Positions 28,221 through 37,162 of a DNA stretch of 64,000 nt are shown in pieces. Each line of letters opens with the position of its first letter. The stretch's first letter is position 1. The notes beneath the pieces are model-generated. The model saw only the letters and a program-made list of their open reading frames with translations. It was not told the DNA's origin and did no database searches. A program made the translations under genes and the position numbers. Source of the stretch: a plasmid; sequence record NZ_CP072215.1. The stretch is one strand, 5' to 3'.

Positions 28221-28505
28221 ATGACTAAATCGGAAATCGTAAAGGAAATATCTGCCAGAACCGGCATCGACGGCAAAGCGGTGCTTGCTGTTTTGGAAGG
28301 ATTCATGAACGAGGTAAAGACTTCGTTGGGTAAGGAGGAAAATGTCTATCTTCGTGGATTCGGTAGTTTCATAGTGAAGAAGAGAGCGCAAAAGACAGCT
28401 CGGAATATCTCTAAGAATACTACTATGATTATTCCGGCTCATAACATACCGGCATTTAAACCGTCTGACGAATTTTTGAAAATGGTAAAACAACAGAACG
28501 CATAA
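28221..28505 (+). CDS. HU/IHF-family DNA-binding protein
   Basis: MTKSEIVKEISARTGI...GFGSF...ARNISKNTTMIIPAHNIPAFKPS matches the HU fold signature. Confidence 0.9.
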   Translation: MTKSEIVKEISARTGIDGKAVLAVLEGFMNEVKTSLGKEENVYLRGFGSFIVKKRAQKTARNISKNTTMIIPAHNIPAFKPSDEFLKMVKQQNA

Positions 28506-28517
28506 TAGGTAAACACA

Positions 28518-28790
28518 ATGAAAGATCAGTTACGATTATTGAGAGACTGTATCAATAATGATCGTCCGGCAGTTGTCTTTCAGGGAGACGATTTTTGCGC
28601 TCCTGAGATTTTGGAAGCAGCAAAAGAAATTTATCGTAAACATGGTTGTTCCGAAGAATTTCTTTTTGACTGGCAGCTGCTTATCAATGAGGTGAAGGCT
28701 TACCAGTTAGAAAGTCCGGCAACTGTCAAATTGCCGAAACTCTCCCCGACAGAAACGGAACTGGTGCGGGAAGAGATGACTAAACGCTAA
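28518..28790 (+). CDS. hypothetical protein
   Basis: 90-aa ORF 12 bp after the HU gene. Confidence 0.4.
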   Translation: MKDQLRLLRDCINNDRPAVVFQGDDFCAPEILEAAKEIYRKHGCSEEFLFDWQLLINEVKAYQLESPATVKLPKLSPTETELVREEMTKR

Positions 28791-28851
28791 AAAATATTCT
28801 CGTTTAATACGCACCTTTTATTCTTCAGGCAGCGTATTGAACGGGATGGGA

Positions 28852-29229
28852 TTAAAATGTTGGCGAACCTGCTTTTTTCGAAAGTTCCTGCCAATAGTTG
28901 AAGTCACTCGGTGAAAGATGCTCTTGCATCCAGTCACGCATACCAATATCGTTTCTTTCGTTCACATATCTCGTAAACGGAATCATTGTCTTACATGCTT
29001 CAAATCCAAGCATTCTCATATGGCGTGAAATGTTGGGAGGAAGACCTTCCAACCACTCTTTATAATACATTATCAATCTGTTTTCTTGGATTGGAACCGC
29101 TTGTTGGTGGTAAATATAGCTGGCGTTTCCGATTCTAATATCTCTGGCCTTATTTTCCCGTTCTTCTTCAGGTAGCCGACTTAAATATTCAGCTTGTGCT
29201 ATTCTGCATTTGGAGTTTGGATGTTCCAT
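28852..29229 (-). CDS. hypothetical protein
   Basis: 125-aa ORF; first of three tandem minus-strand ORFs. Confidence 0.4.
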   Translation of the reverse strand: MEHPNSKCRIAQAEYLSRLPEEERENKARDIRIGNASYIYHQQAVPIQENRLIMYYKEWLEGLPPNISRHMRMLGFEACKTMIPFTRYVNERNDIGMRDWMQEHLSPSDFNYWQELSKKAGSPTF

Positions 29230-29243
29230 GGTATTTTATATAA

Positions 29244-29570
29244 TTAAGACTCTTCAATGATACGGTTCATCAAATCACATATTTTTTGGCAGCTATGACG
29301 GTCTGCGCAAGCAGGATAGGGGCATTTCTCAAAGGATGCCTGATTATCCGTAACTATGAAACCTCCGGAACGACGTACATAACTTACCGGATGAAAATAA
29401 ATATCTTCCTTTTTCGGCCTATAAGTACATAGTCTTATAAGGCTGTTCAGCTCTTTGCAAATTTGCTCACATTTTTCTTTGGGATAATGTGGCAAATCAC
29501 TGAATGCTTCGTAGGGGACAAAGGCAAATGCTTTGTCATCCCACATGACAGGTGTGTAATTCTGTACCAT
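29244..29570 (-). CDS. hypothetical Cys-rich protein
   Basis: 108-aa ORF with 7 Cys. Confidence 0.4.
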   Translation of the reverse strand: MVQNYTPVMWDDKAFAFVPYEAFSDLPHYPKEKCEQICKELNSLIRLCTYRPKKEDIYFHPVSYVRRSGGFIVTDNQASFEKCPYPACADRHSCQKICDLMNRIIEES

Positions 29571-29615
29571 TTGTTATTTGGAATAAGGATGGCTGGCAGA
29601 TTCCGTATTTCTGTA

Positions 29616-29870
29616 TCAGTTAGGTAATCCGTCACTATTTAAGTGCGCCTGGGCAAACTCCCGGAGGTTCGTTTCGGCAATGCACTTTTCATAAATCTCA
29701 TCCAATACTTCTTGCATATTTTCTACTTTATTGAATTTTAAGGGGCTGCCGTTTGTTGCGGCTTGCCTTTCCAGTTGTTCGATGATACTGGGAAATATCC
29801 CACGCAATAAACCGACGGTAGCTACGGCTGTAGCTGGTTCTACCTCTATTGTAATCTTTTTCTTTTCCAT
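29616..29870 (-). CDS. hypothetical protein
   Basis: 84-aa ORF. Confidence 0.4.
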   Translation of the reverse strand: MEKKKITIEVEPATAVATVGLLRGIFPSIIEQLERQAATNGSPLKFNKVENMQEVLDEIYEKCIAETNLREFAQAHLNSDGLPN

Positions 29871-29972
29871 ATCGTTGTATTATGTTATCAAAAGTAATAA
29901 TTATTAGGATATTGGTAAGCATTTCTTCTGAAAAACTTTTTAAAGATATTGTTTTAAGATGACATACTGTGT

Positions 29973-30659
29973 TTTTGCGTTCACGCAGTATTCTTTCCCA
30001 CCCTCCCCTTCATCGGAATGACTGTTCTCATTTCCGGTTTACCCGTAGTCATCCGCTATGCGGCTGATTATGGGCAAACCAGAAAAGAGAAGTTCCAAAC
30101 GTGGGCGGGATTGCAATGGTCATCATCCGGAGCTTCGGCATTGCCGAAACAACCTCCTTCTTCCGTATTGCAGCCCCGTCCTTTTACCGTTTGTCCCGGC
30201 AGTCCGTTGCTAACCCGTTCCCCCCTGCCACTTGTGGCAGGGAGATAGGAATACGGTTTTGCAGGCAAAACCGTATGGCTTGTTTTACTTTCCGTACTGC
30301 CCTTTTCCTAGTTTTCTGCCTCCCTTAATGTGCGTTTTTCATAGCCCCATCTGAGACCCTTTGTTTTTGAACGGCAAATTTATTTCGGTGGATGGATACG
30401 AAAGAGTTCCGGTCTTCGCCCTTTGTCCCGAAAAAAATAACGCCGGACGGCTTCGCTGTCCCCAACATTTTTTGTCGTCCAAAACTTTTCTTAATCCCTC
30501 CTTCCTTATTGTTGTGTGCCGTAAAAAAAAGGCTCATAAACTCAGATGGGGCATGAAAGCTCAAAAAAAAAGTCGGCAGAAAGAAAAGGCCATCCCGGAA
30601 AGGGGTTTTAAAAAAAGGTCTTTAAATCTAGCTGAAGCATAAAATTAGAAGTTTAACAA
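29973..30659. repeat. repeat family A, copy 1: ~690-bp hairpin-rich non-coding element ending 20 bp before a gene start
   Basis: Near-identical to 33044..33711 and 42146..42833. Starts TTTGCGTTCACGCAGTATTCTTTCCCACCC, ends TCTAGCTGAAGCATAA(AATTAGAAGTTTAACAA). Confidence 0.85.
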
Positions 30660-30678
30660 TCCCAAAAAACAACGAGTT

Positions 30679-31158
30679 ATGTCACGAGTACACTATTTAG
30701 AAGGAGATTATGAACAGTTAGTTATTAATGAAACGATAGACGGTCTTTTTTCCAGTTATCGTATAGACCGCAATTCATTGCCAAAAGGATTTTTCCTTTA
30801 TGAGATTAGATGGGATGACAGCTTATCTTCATTGGCAGAGATTAGCCCCTCTGTGGTGGTGAATCATGCAGGTTCATTCATTACAAAGTCACCCCTTGAA
30901 TTTGATGCAAACAATAGCATACGGATAACCTATACCAATTTTATCGAGTTCTGCCAGTTTGGTGAGTGGGCTTATGAGAAACTGGCTGTATTGGATTGTA
31001 ATTCCGGTAATGTTGCGGTGATAAGCCCAGACAGGAGATTGCAGACCACTGAAGAGATTGAGATTTTTTTGAGTGGGCATTGTGGCTATCATCTGAGTGA
31101 GATTAATTGGATGGTGATGAAAGGCGATGTGCTGTTTTTGAACGAGAACGATTTTTAA
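30679..31158 (+). CDS. hypothetical protein
   Basis: 159-aa ORF; first gene after A copy 1. Confidence 0.5.
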   Translation: MSRVHYLEGDYEQLVINETIDGLFSSYRIDRNSLPKGFFLYEIRWDDSLSSLAEISPSVVVNHAGSFITKSPLEFDANNSIRITYTNFIEFCQFGEWAYEKLAVLDCNSGNVAVISPDRRLQTTEEIEIFLSGHCGYHLSEINWMVMKGDVLFLNENDF

Positions 31159-31214
31159 TGAGTATAACCGTAACTGCCTCTTGGAATGGGGCAATTACAT
31201 AAAATATTATAAGT

Positions 31215-31478
31215 ATGAAGTGGATAGATAAGATGGTAGAACGCATTACCCGAAAAGAAACTGCTTTAAATGACCACTTTTGTGTAAATCGGCATACGGT
31301 TGTATGTCAGAGTGGTATGACTGATTATGTTTCTGTAACGATTGATAATACCGATGGTTTTGATTTCGATTTTTGGACAAAACAACTTTGTTTTGAGAAG
31401 GACTGTAAATATCGCTCGGAGATAAAAGCGGCTTTTGATAAAATCTATGGCACAAGGAATATAGAATGTTGTGAATAA
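31215..31478 (+). CDS. hypothetical Cys-containing small protein
   Basis: 87-aa ORF. Confidence 0.4.
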   Translation: MKWIDKMVERITRKETALNDHFCVNRHTVVCQSGMTDYVSVTIDNTDGFDFDFWTKQLCFEKDCKYRSEIKAAFDKIYGTRNIECCE

Positions 31479-31493
31479 TGAAGTCAGAAAAGT

Positions 31494-32219
31494 ATGATAC
31501 CAAAGGAGATAATGAAACTTTATGAAAAGCTTGCTTTCAGTCGGGGATATGAAGAAGCCTTTCGGGATTTTTTGGATGTTTGTCTTTACTATTTGTCTGT
31601 CGGGATGTTGGCGGAGGATTATCGTAGAGTGGAAAAAAGATATAAGCCATATGAAATGGAACTTTTTGTTCAAATGTTTTATAGGGTGTCTGAATATTCG
31701 GAAGGATTTTGCGATGTCTTGGGAGATATGTTCATGGAGTGTGTCAGTCATGGGAATAACGGACAGTTCTTTACCCCGATACACGTTGCTGATTTGATGG
31801 CATGTATGGGGGGAAATAGGCTGAAACCTAAACAGTCGGTCTGTGATTCGTGCTGTGGTTCCGGCAGGATGCTACTTTCCGCTGTAAAAAAATGTGCGGA
31901 AGAGAATGATGGAGGAAGGCTTTTTTGTTATGGCTCGGATATAGATTTGATTTGTGTAAAGATGACCGTTGTCAATCTGATGATGAATAGCGTACCCGGT
32001 GAAGTCGCATGGATGAATACATTGACAATGCAGCATTGGAGAAGTTATCATATAGATTTACAGCTGATAGCCGGAGTATGGTTGCCTATTTTAAAGATAA
32101 CGGAAGCAGGTGACACTTCTTTTATTAGGAAACTTGAAAATGCAATGGAGGATAATTCTGAATTGAAGAGGTCGATTCAGAGCAACGCAAGGGCTACGCA
32201 GCTGACTTTTGATTTTTGA
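31494..32219 (+). CDS. SAM-dependent N6-adenine DNA methyltransferase-like protein, short, with degenerate motif IV
   Basis: Motif X GQFFTPIHVADLM and motif I VCDSCCGSGRML present. NSVP sits at the position of catalytic (D/N)PP(Y/F). No target-recognition domain; 241 aa. Confidence 0.55.
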   Translation: MIPKEIMKLYEKLAFSRGYEEAFRDFLDVCLYYLSVGMLAEDYRRVEKRYKPYEMELFVQMFYRVSEYSEGFCDVLGDMFMECVSHGNNGQFFTPIHVADLMACMGGNRLKPKQSVCDSCCGSGRMLLSAVKKCAEENDGGRLFCYGSDIDLICVKMTVVNLMMNSVPGEVAWMNTLTMQHWRSYHIDLQLIAGVWLPILKITEAGDTSFIRKLENAMEDNSELKRSIQSNARATQLTFDF

Positions 32220-32248
32220 CAAGATAAATATGTAAAAAGGATTTTGGT

Positions 32249-32572
32249 ATGAAAGCAATAAGAACAAAAGAGGTGAATGAGAACGTCAAAGCGGCGAACA
32301 GTTGTTTGCGTAAAGCGAAATGGCAGGCTAAGGAATTGGCTGTTTTTACAGGTGAAGTAGTGCGTCTGATGGATAAGGAAGGGCATTCTCTACAAGGGTT
32401 CTTTAATCGGGTGGAGTTTGTTCTGGTGGACGGCACTATTAAATTCCGTGTAGTTATAAATCCTATTCTTGAATGTGAGAACTGTATAATGGCTTCTTGC
32501 CATGAAGACTATCTTTATGAGGTGGTCTCGGTGGAAAAGTTTACCTATAAAAATTATAGGTATCATTTGTAA
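32249..32572 (+). CDS. hypothetical protein
   Basis: 107-aa ORF. Confidence 0.4.
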   Translation: MKAIRTKEVNENVKAANSCLRKAKWQAKELAVFTGEVVRLMDKEGHSLQGFFNRVEFVLVDGTIKFRVVINPILECENCIMASCHEDYLYEVVSVEKFTYKNYRYHL

Positions 32573-32925
32573 TGATATTGTATTTTAATGATTATAAACT
32601 GATTTATATTATAACAATGATGGGCAAAATTAATAATATTCCCGTTTTGAATGAAGATGTTATTCGTTTGGTTGTACTCAATGAGGAAATTATTGGGTAT
32701 ATCTATCCACGAAGGACTTCTTATGTGGTGGCATTGGAGATAAAGCCGGGACGTACTACCTCTTTGGCTACATCTGTCAATAAACAATGCATGGTTTTGT
32801 TGAGTGATAAGGTTCGTTTGGCCACGGAACAGGATTTCGATGATTTTCATATATGCTTTGATGGTTTCAGAAATAACACTATGTATTGTTATAATCAGGG
32901 AACGGAACCTATATACCTTCAATGA
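32572..32925 (+). CDS. hypothetical protein
   Basis: 117-aa ORF; start uncertain. Confidence 0.35.
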   Translation: MILYFNDYKLIYIITMMGKINNIPVLNEDVIRLVVLNEEIIGYIYPRRTSYVVALEIKPGRTTSLATSVNKQCMVLLSDKVRLATEQDFDDFHICFDGFRNNTMYCYNQGTEPIYLQ

Positions 32926-32976
32926 AGCACATTCTCCCTTCTTTTGGATTAGGGAAGGGAGGGTATTTTGCTGTCC

Positions 32977-33009
32977 GCTACTTTTTGGCAAGCACCCCAA
33001 AAAAGTAGC
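32977..33009. terminator. palindrome GCTACTTTTTGG-N7-CCAAAAAAGTAGC (same family as 23438 and 44729)
   Basis: 52 bp after the cassette's last stop and 35 bp before A copy 2. Confidence 0.4.
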
Positions 33010-33043
33010 AAAAAACGCTTGGAGTTACTGGTAATCCCATTAA

Positions 33044-33711
33044 TTTGCGTTCACGCAGTATTCTTTCCCACCCTCCCCTTCATCGGAATGACTGTTCTCA
33101 TTCCCGGTTTACCCGTAATCATCCGCTATGCGGCTGATTATGGGTAAACCGGAAAAGAGAAGTTCCAAACGTGGGCGGGATTGCAATGGTCATCATCCGG
33201 AGCTTCGGCATTGCCGAAACAACCTCCTTCTTCCGTATTGCAGTCCCTTCCTTTTACCGTTTGTCCCGGCAGTCCGTTGCTAACCCGTTCCCCCCTGTCA
33301 CTTGTGGCAGGGAGATAGGAGTATGGTTTTGCTTGCAAAACCGTATGGCTTGTTTTACTTTCCGTACTGCCCTTTTCCTTGTTTTCTGCCTCCCCTAATG
33401 TGCTTTTTTCATAGCTCCATCTGAGAGCCTTTGTTTTTGAACGGCAAATTTATTTCGGTGGATGGATACGAAAGAGTTCCGGTCTTCGCCCTTTGTACCG
33501 AAAAAAATAACGCCGGACGGCTTCGCTGTCCCCAACATTTTTTGTCGTCCAAAACTTTTCTTAATCCCTCCTTCCTTATTGATGCGTGCCGTAAAAAAAA
33601 GGCTCATAAACTCAGATGGGGCATGAAAGCTCAAAAAAAAAGTCGGCAGAAAGAAAAGGCCATCCCGGAAAGGGGTTTAAAAAAAGGTCTTTAAATCTAG
33701 CTGAAGCATAA
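33044..33711. repeat. repeat family A, copy 2
   Basis: Near-identical to copy 1. Ends 26 bp before the ATG at 33737. Confidence 0.85.
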
Positions 33712-33736
33712 GTTTAATTTTAATAGATAAAAGACT

Positions 33737-34303
33737 ATGGCACATCAGAGTAAATATCCTAGTTTAGACAGACAATGGCATAAGATGATGTTTTCTTTCT
33801 TTGAGTATCTTCCTATGCAATATCGGCAGGCAACGGAAAGAGAATGGCAAATTCGTAAGATGATATGGAGTTTTAAGGATGGAAAAGCTTATTTGAATAT
33901 AGCTTGGATGATAGCGAATAAGTTACATCAAGTTTTTGGTGATGATGTTAAGAATATTGTTTTTGCTTGTGTTCCGGCTTCTTCCGCTGATAAGAATGAA
34001 CTTCGTTATAAGGGGTTTGCTTCGGCTGTGTGTAAGTTTTCAGGTGCTATCAATGCGTATGAACATATACGTGTCAGTGGAGATCGTTTGGCTATTCACG
34101 AGAAATTTGACAGCAAGTCGCTTCAAAAAGTACAAGTGATAGAATTTGACAAGGACTTTTTTCGGGGTAAGAAAATCTTGGTATTTGACGATATTTTAAC
34201 AAAAGGGTTTTCGTATGCTCGTTTCGCATGTCAGTTGGAAAAAATAGGAGGTGAGGTTTTGGGAGGTTTCTTTTTAGGTAAAACAGTTGTCCGTATGTTA
34301 TAA
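33737..34303 (+). CDS. ComF/GntX-family phosphoribosyltransferase-domain protein (no zinc-finger)
   Basis: PRTase signature KKILVFDDILTKGFSYARFA, preceded by VPASSADKNELRYKGFAS as in the ComFC core. 188 aa; 17-nt overlap with the next gene. Confidence 0.65.
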   Translation: MAHQSKYPSLDRQWHKMMFSFFEYLPMQYRQATEREWQIRKMIWSFKDGKAYLNIAWMIANKLHQVFGDDVKNIVFACVPASSADKNELRYKGFASAVCKFSGAINAYEHIRVSGDRLAIHEKFDSKSLQKVQVIEFDKDFFRGKKILVFDDILTKGFSYARFACQLEKIGGEVLGGFFLGKTVVRML

Positions 34304-34919
34304 GATGAAAGAAAAAGAGAGTTATATAGAGAAGCAGAAGGATATCTTTGGAGATACTACTTGGTTCACTTATCGTTATGAGGTGAATGGAATGGTGTAT
34401 GAAACTTCGGCAGGTTCGTTGGATATATGTAGAAAGGCACGTGATAAATGGATGAAAATGATGTCCGTTGCTTTTACCGGTCATAGAACGATACGAACAA
34501 ATAAATATGCTTTGTCCGTATCGTTGAATGAAGAGGTACGTTTCTGCTATGAGAATGGAATCCGTTTTTTCTATATTGGTTGTGCGGTTGGATTTGACAT
34601 GATGGCTGCTCATACCGTACTTGAACAAAGGAAACAATATCCCGATATGGTTTTGGTGGCGGTTGTTCCTTATGTCGGGCAAGATGTGTATTTCAACAAA
34701 GAGGACAAACAGAGGTATGCTGATATTTTGCGCCAAGCCGACAAGGTGGTAGTTCTATCCGAATATTATTATGCCCAATGCTATGCCCACCGTAATGATT
34801 ACATGATTTCACACGCCTGTAGGCTGATTGCCTATTGGGATGGAAAATCTGCCGGAGGAACTTCTTATACGTTTAACAAGGCACAAAAAAAGAAATTGGT
34901 GATATACAATCTGTTTTGA
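34287..34919 (+). CDS. YpsA-like SLOG-superfamily protein (DUF1273)
   Basis: AFTGHRT N-motif, GCAVGFDMMAAHTVLEQRKQYPD, and C-terminal LIAYWDGKSAGGTSYT align block-for-block with B. subtilis YpsA. Confidence 0.7.
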   Translation: MSVCYKMKEKESYIEKQKDIFGDTTWFTYRYEVNGMVYETSAGSLDICRKARDKWMKMMSVAFTGHRTIRTNKYALSVSLNEEVRFCYENGIRFFYIGCAVGFDMMAAHTVLEQRKQYPDMVLVAVVPYVGQDVYFNKEDKQRYADILRQADKVVVLSEYYYAQCYAHRNDYMISHACRLIAYWDGKSAGGTSYTFNKAQKKKLVIYNLF

Positions 34920-35054
34920 TTCAGATTGTATATCGTTGTTTTCCAGCGGTATGATCAAACGTGGCGATGTCATACTGTCTGGTTGCTGTAAGTGCTAATA
35001 CTTCCGATGCAAAAGAGAAAGACACAATAAATATGAAAAGCAATGATAGATGAA

Positions 35055-36418
35055 TTTTACTTAATTGTTTTACCTTTGTAAAACATTAGTGTCCCATTAA
35101 AATTGGGACGAATTAAAAATTAAATAAACTTGGCCCATTTGGTCCGAATCGTTCTTTGTCATTTTGAAATTTAGTTTTATCAAAGAGGTCTCTCAGATGA
35201 GTCTTATCAGTCAATGAGATGCTCAGTATTTGTAACACTTCATATGTACTTCTGTTCAGTTGCATATCGTGTTGAATGATTGCCACCAAACAGTAAGCGC
35301 ATATAGCAGCATATATCTGTATTCGAACAGCATTCTCTGTAGTTCCCCAAAATCTTTTGATTTTAAGGTGCTGCTTGAGCCATTTGAAAAACAGCTCTAC
35401 CTGCCAGCGATTTTTATAAAGTTCAGCAACTTGAAGCGCAGATATATGCATCGCATTGGTTATGAATGTAAATTCTCGTTCTTGTTCTTCATCCCAATAT
35501 TTAACCAATCTAAGTGGCTCTGGATAATATTGTTTAGGATAGAATCCTGTCAGAAATACACTTGCGTCTGAAAGCACATTCTTAGGCAGCCTACGTTTCC
35601 ATTGGATGGATTTGTACCCGAGATTCTTTTTTGCTCTGACAACAAAGTAGGCTTCAATTTGATGAATTTTATACAGTATTTTGAAGTTGTTATAACCGCG
35701 GTCAAAGATGTAATAAGAGCTTGGTTCATAAGGAATTTCAATCATAACTTTAGAATCGTGTACGGATGCTTCCGTGATATGAAAGAATGCAGGAATCTGT
35801 GTTTCCACATCATATAATGTATGCACTTTGATACCACCTTTCTTTTTGCGGAATTTTGCCCACCAAAAGACTGAAAGGCACAGGTCAATAGTAGTCGAAT
35901 CGAAAGCATAAACGTTACCGCCAAGTTTGAAAATATGATTAGCACACTTTTGTCGTGCTTCGCTAACCAGGTAGTAAGCATATTCTTCAAAGATGTGATA
36001 GTCTCTATCTTGATTTGCTCTTGCCAGCGATGACTTTGATACATTTTTACCCATTCCTAAATGATAACATTTGGAATGATGAGCTTCAAGAGCAACTATC
36101 AAATCTCGCAGACTTTCACGATTAGAAAGTTGACCAAACATCAAAGCAAGTAGTTGATTCCAGCAGGTGAAGTGCTTCACATATTTATCACCATCATACT
36201 TGGTGACTATGCGGTTAAACTTACTTCGATTCAGAAATGAAGCCAATTGAGCGAAAACGTATTTGTCTTGGAACATATGCCATCGGATTAATCTGATGCA
36301 AAGCTACAAATTCAAGTCCGTTCGCTCGGAAAATCGCTGTAACTAACTAAATTTCAAATATTTCAAAGAACTCTTTTAGATTTTAATGGGACAACAATGT
36401 TTGTAAAAGGTAAAACAA
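35055..36418. mobile_element. IS4-family insertion sequence (~1.36 kb) with ~38-bp imperfect terminal inverted repeats
   Basis: Left end TTGTTTTACCTTTGTAAAACATT-AGTGTCCCATTAAAAT; right end is its reverse complement with 3 mismatches. Single transposase ORF inside. Confidence 0.7.
35113..36276 (-). CDS. IS4-family DDE transposase
   Basis: 387 aa. Conserved C-terminal YKNRWQVELFFKWLKQHLKIK block. Confidence 0.85.
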   Translation of the reverse strand: MFQDKYVFAQLASFLNRSKFNRIVTKYDGDKYVKHFTCWNQLLALMFGQLSNRESLRDLIVALEAHHSKCYHLGMGKNVSKSSLARANQDRDYHIFEEYAYYLVSEARQKCANHIFKLGGNVYAFDSTTIDLCLSVFWWAKFRKKKGGIKVHTLYDVETQIPAFFHITEASVHDSKVMIEIPYEPSSYYIFDRGYNNFKILYKIHQIEAYFVVRAKKNLGYKSIQWKRRLPKNVLSDASVFLTGFYPKQYYPEPLRLVKYWDEEQEREFTFITNAMHISALQVAELYKNRWQVELFFKWLKQHLKIKRFWGTTENAVRIQIYAAICAYCLVAIIQHDMQLNRSTYEVLQILSISLTDKTHLRDLFDKTKFQNDKERFGPNGPSLFNF

Positions 36419-36712
36419 TATGCGTTTTTCAGATACAGAGAACAATATGACCTTTTGCATAGGTGTGTGTTGGTTAGGAACTCCAAATATGGAGTCGTTG
36501 CAGAAAATAATGATGAACTTGAATATTATTGATAAGGATGGAAACAATGGAAGCTAATGAACTGATGCGATATGCCTATGAATTACTGCAAGGGCATTCG
36601 AATGAAGAATGTGCCCGAATATTAAGAGAAGTGGTGGCCGAGTGTCAGGTGTGTATAAAGAACTGTGAAGAAGGTGTTTTCGAAAATATGCTAAAGTAAT
36701 AACAACAAGAAT

Positions 36713-37162
36713 ATGGAAATTACTCATAAAAATCAAGGAGAACTTGACTCAACCATGCTCCCATTCGTGATGAGAGAGCTGGTAGAACTGGTCATGAAGA
36801 AAAAGGCATTGCCTTTAGGCGATGCACTGTATTATATATATTCTTCCAAGTTGTATAAATCTTTGCTGGATAAGAGTACCAAGTTATGGTATTCAAGTAC
36901 ATTGTCGCTTTATGAAACATTGGAGAAGGAAAAAACAGAAGAAAAACGACGGTATAACGGTGACACGAAGATCCTGCTTTTCAAGATGTTCTGCATTGAG
37001 AATTATAGGGAGGAAAAGAAACAAAGTGCGGAAGAAACCTTGTTGTTGTTTTCGGACTATGGGGTTTTTGATTTTTTGGATGAGACTTTTGAAATGCTTC
37101 ATACCCAAGACCCCGAATATATATTAGATACTATAACGACTTATATCAATAAAAGAAAATGA
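36713..37162 (+). CDS. DUF3791-like protein
   Basis: 149-aa ORF. 4-nt overlap with the downstream gene, the known DUF3791/DUF3990 pairing. Confidence 0.45.
   Translation: MEITHKNQGELDSTMLPFVMRELVELVMKKKALPLGDALYYIYSSKLYKSLLDKSTKLWYSSTLSLYETLEKEKTEEKRRYNGDTKILLFKMFCIENYREEKKQSAEETLLLFSDYGVFDFLDETFEMLHTQDPEYILDTITTYINKRK

Noticed and set aside
30018-30642. 66-93 aa ORFs on both strands inside the family-A elements (and their copies at 33138..33694, 42124..42816)
   Set aside because: They recur only because the DNA repeat recurs. The few nucleotide differences between copies change amino acids rather than being synonymous. No plausible start context; region is hairpin-dense. Treated as non-coding.
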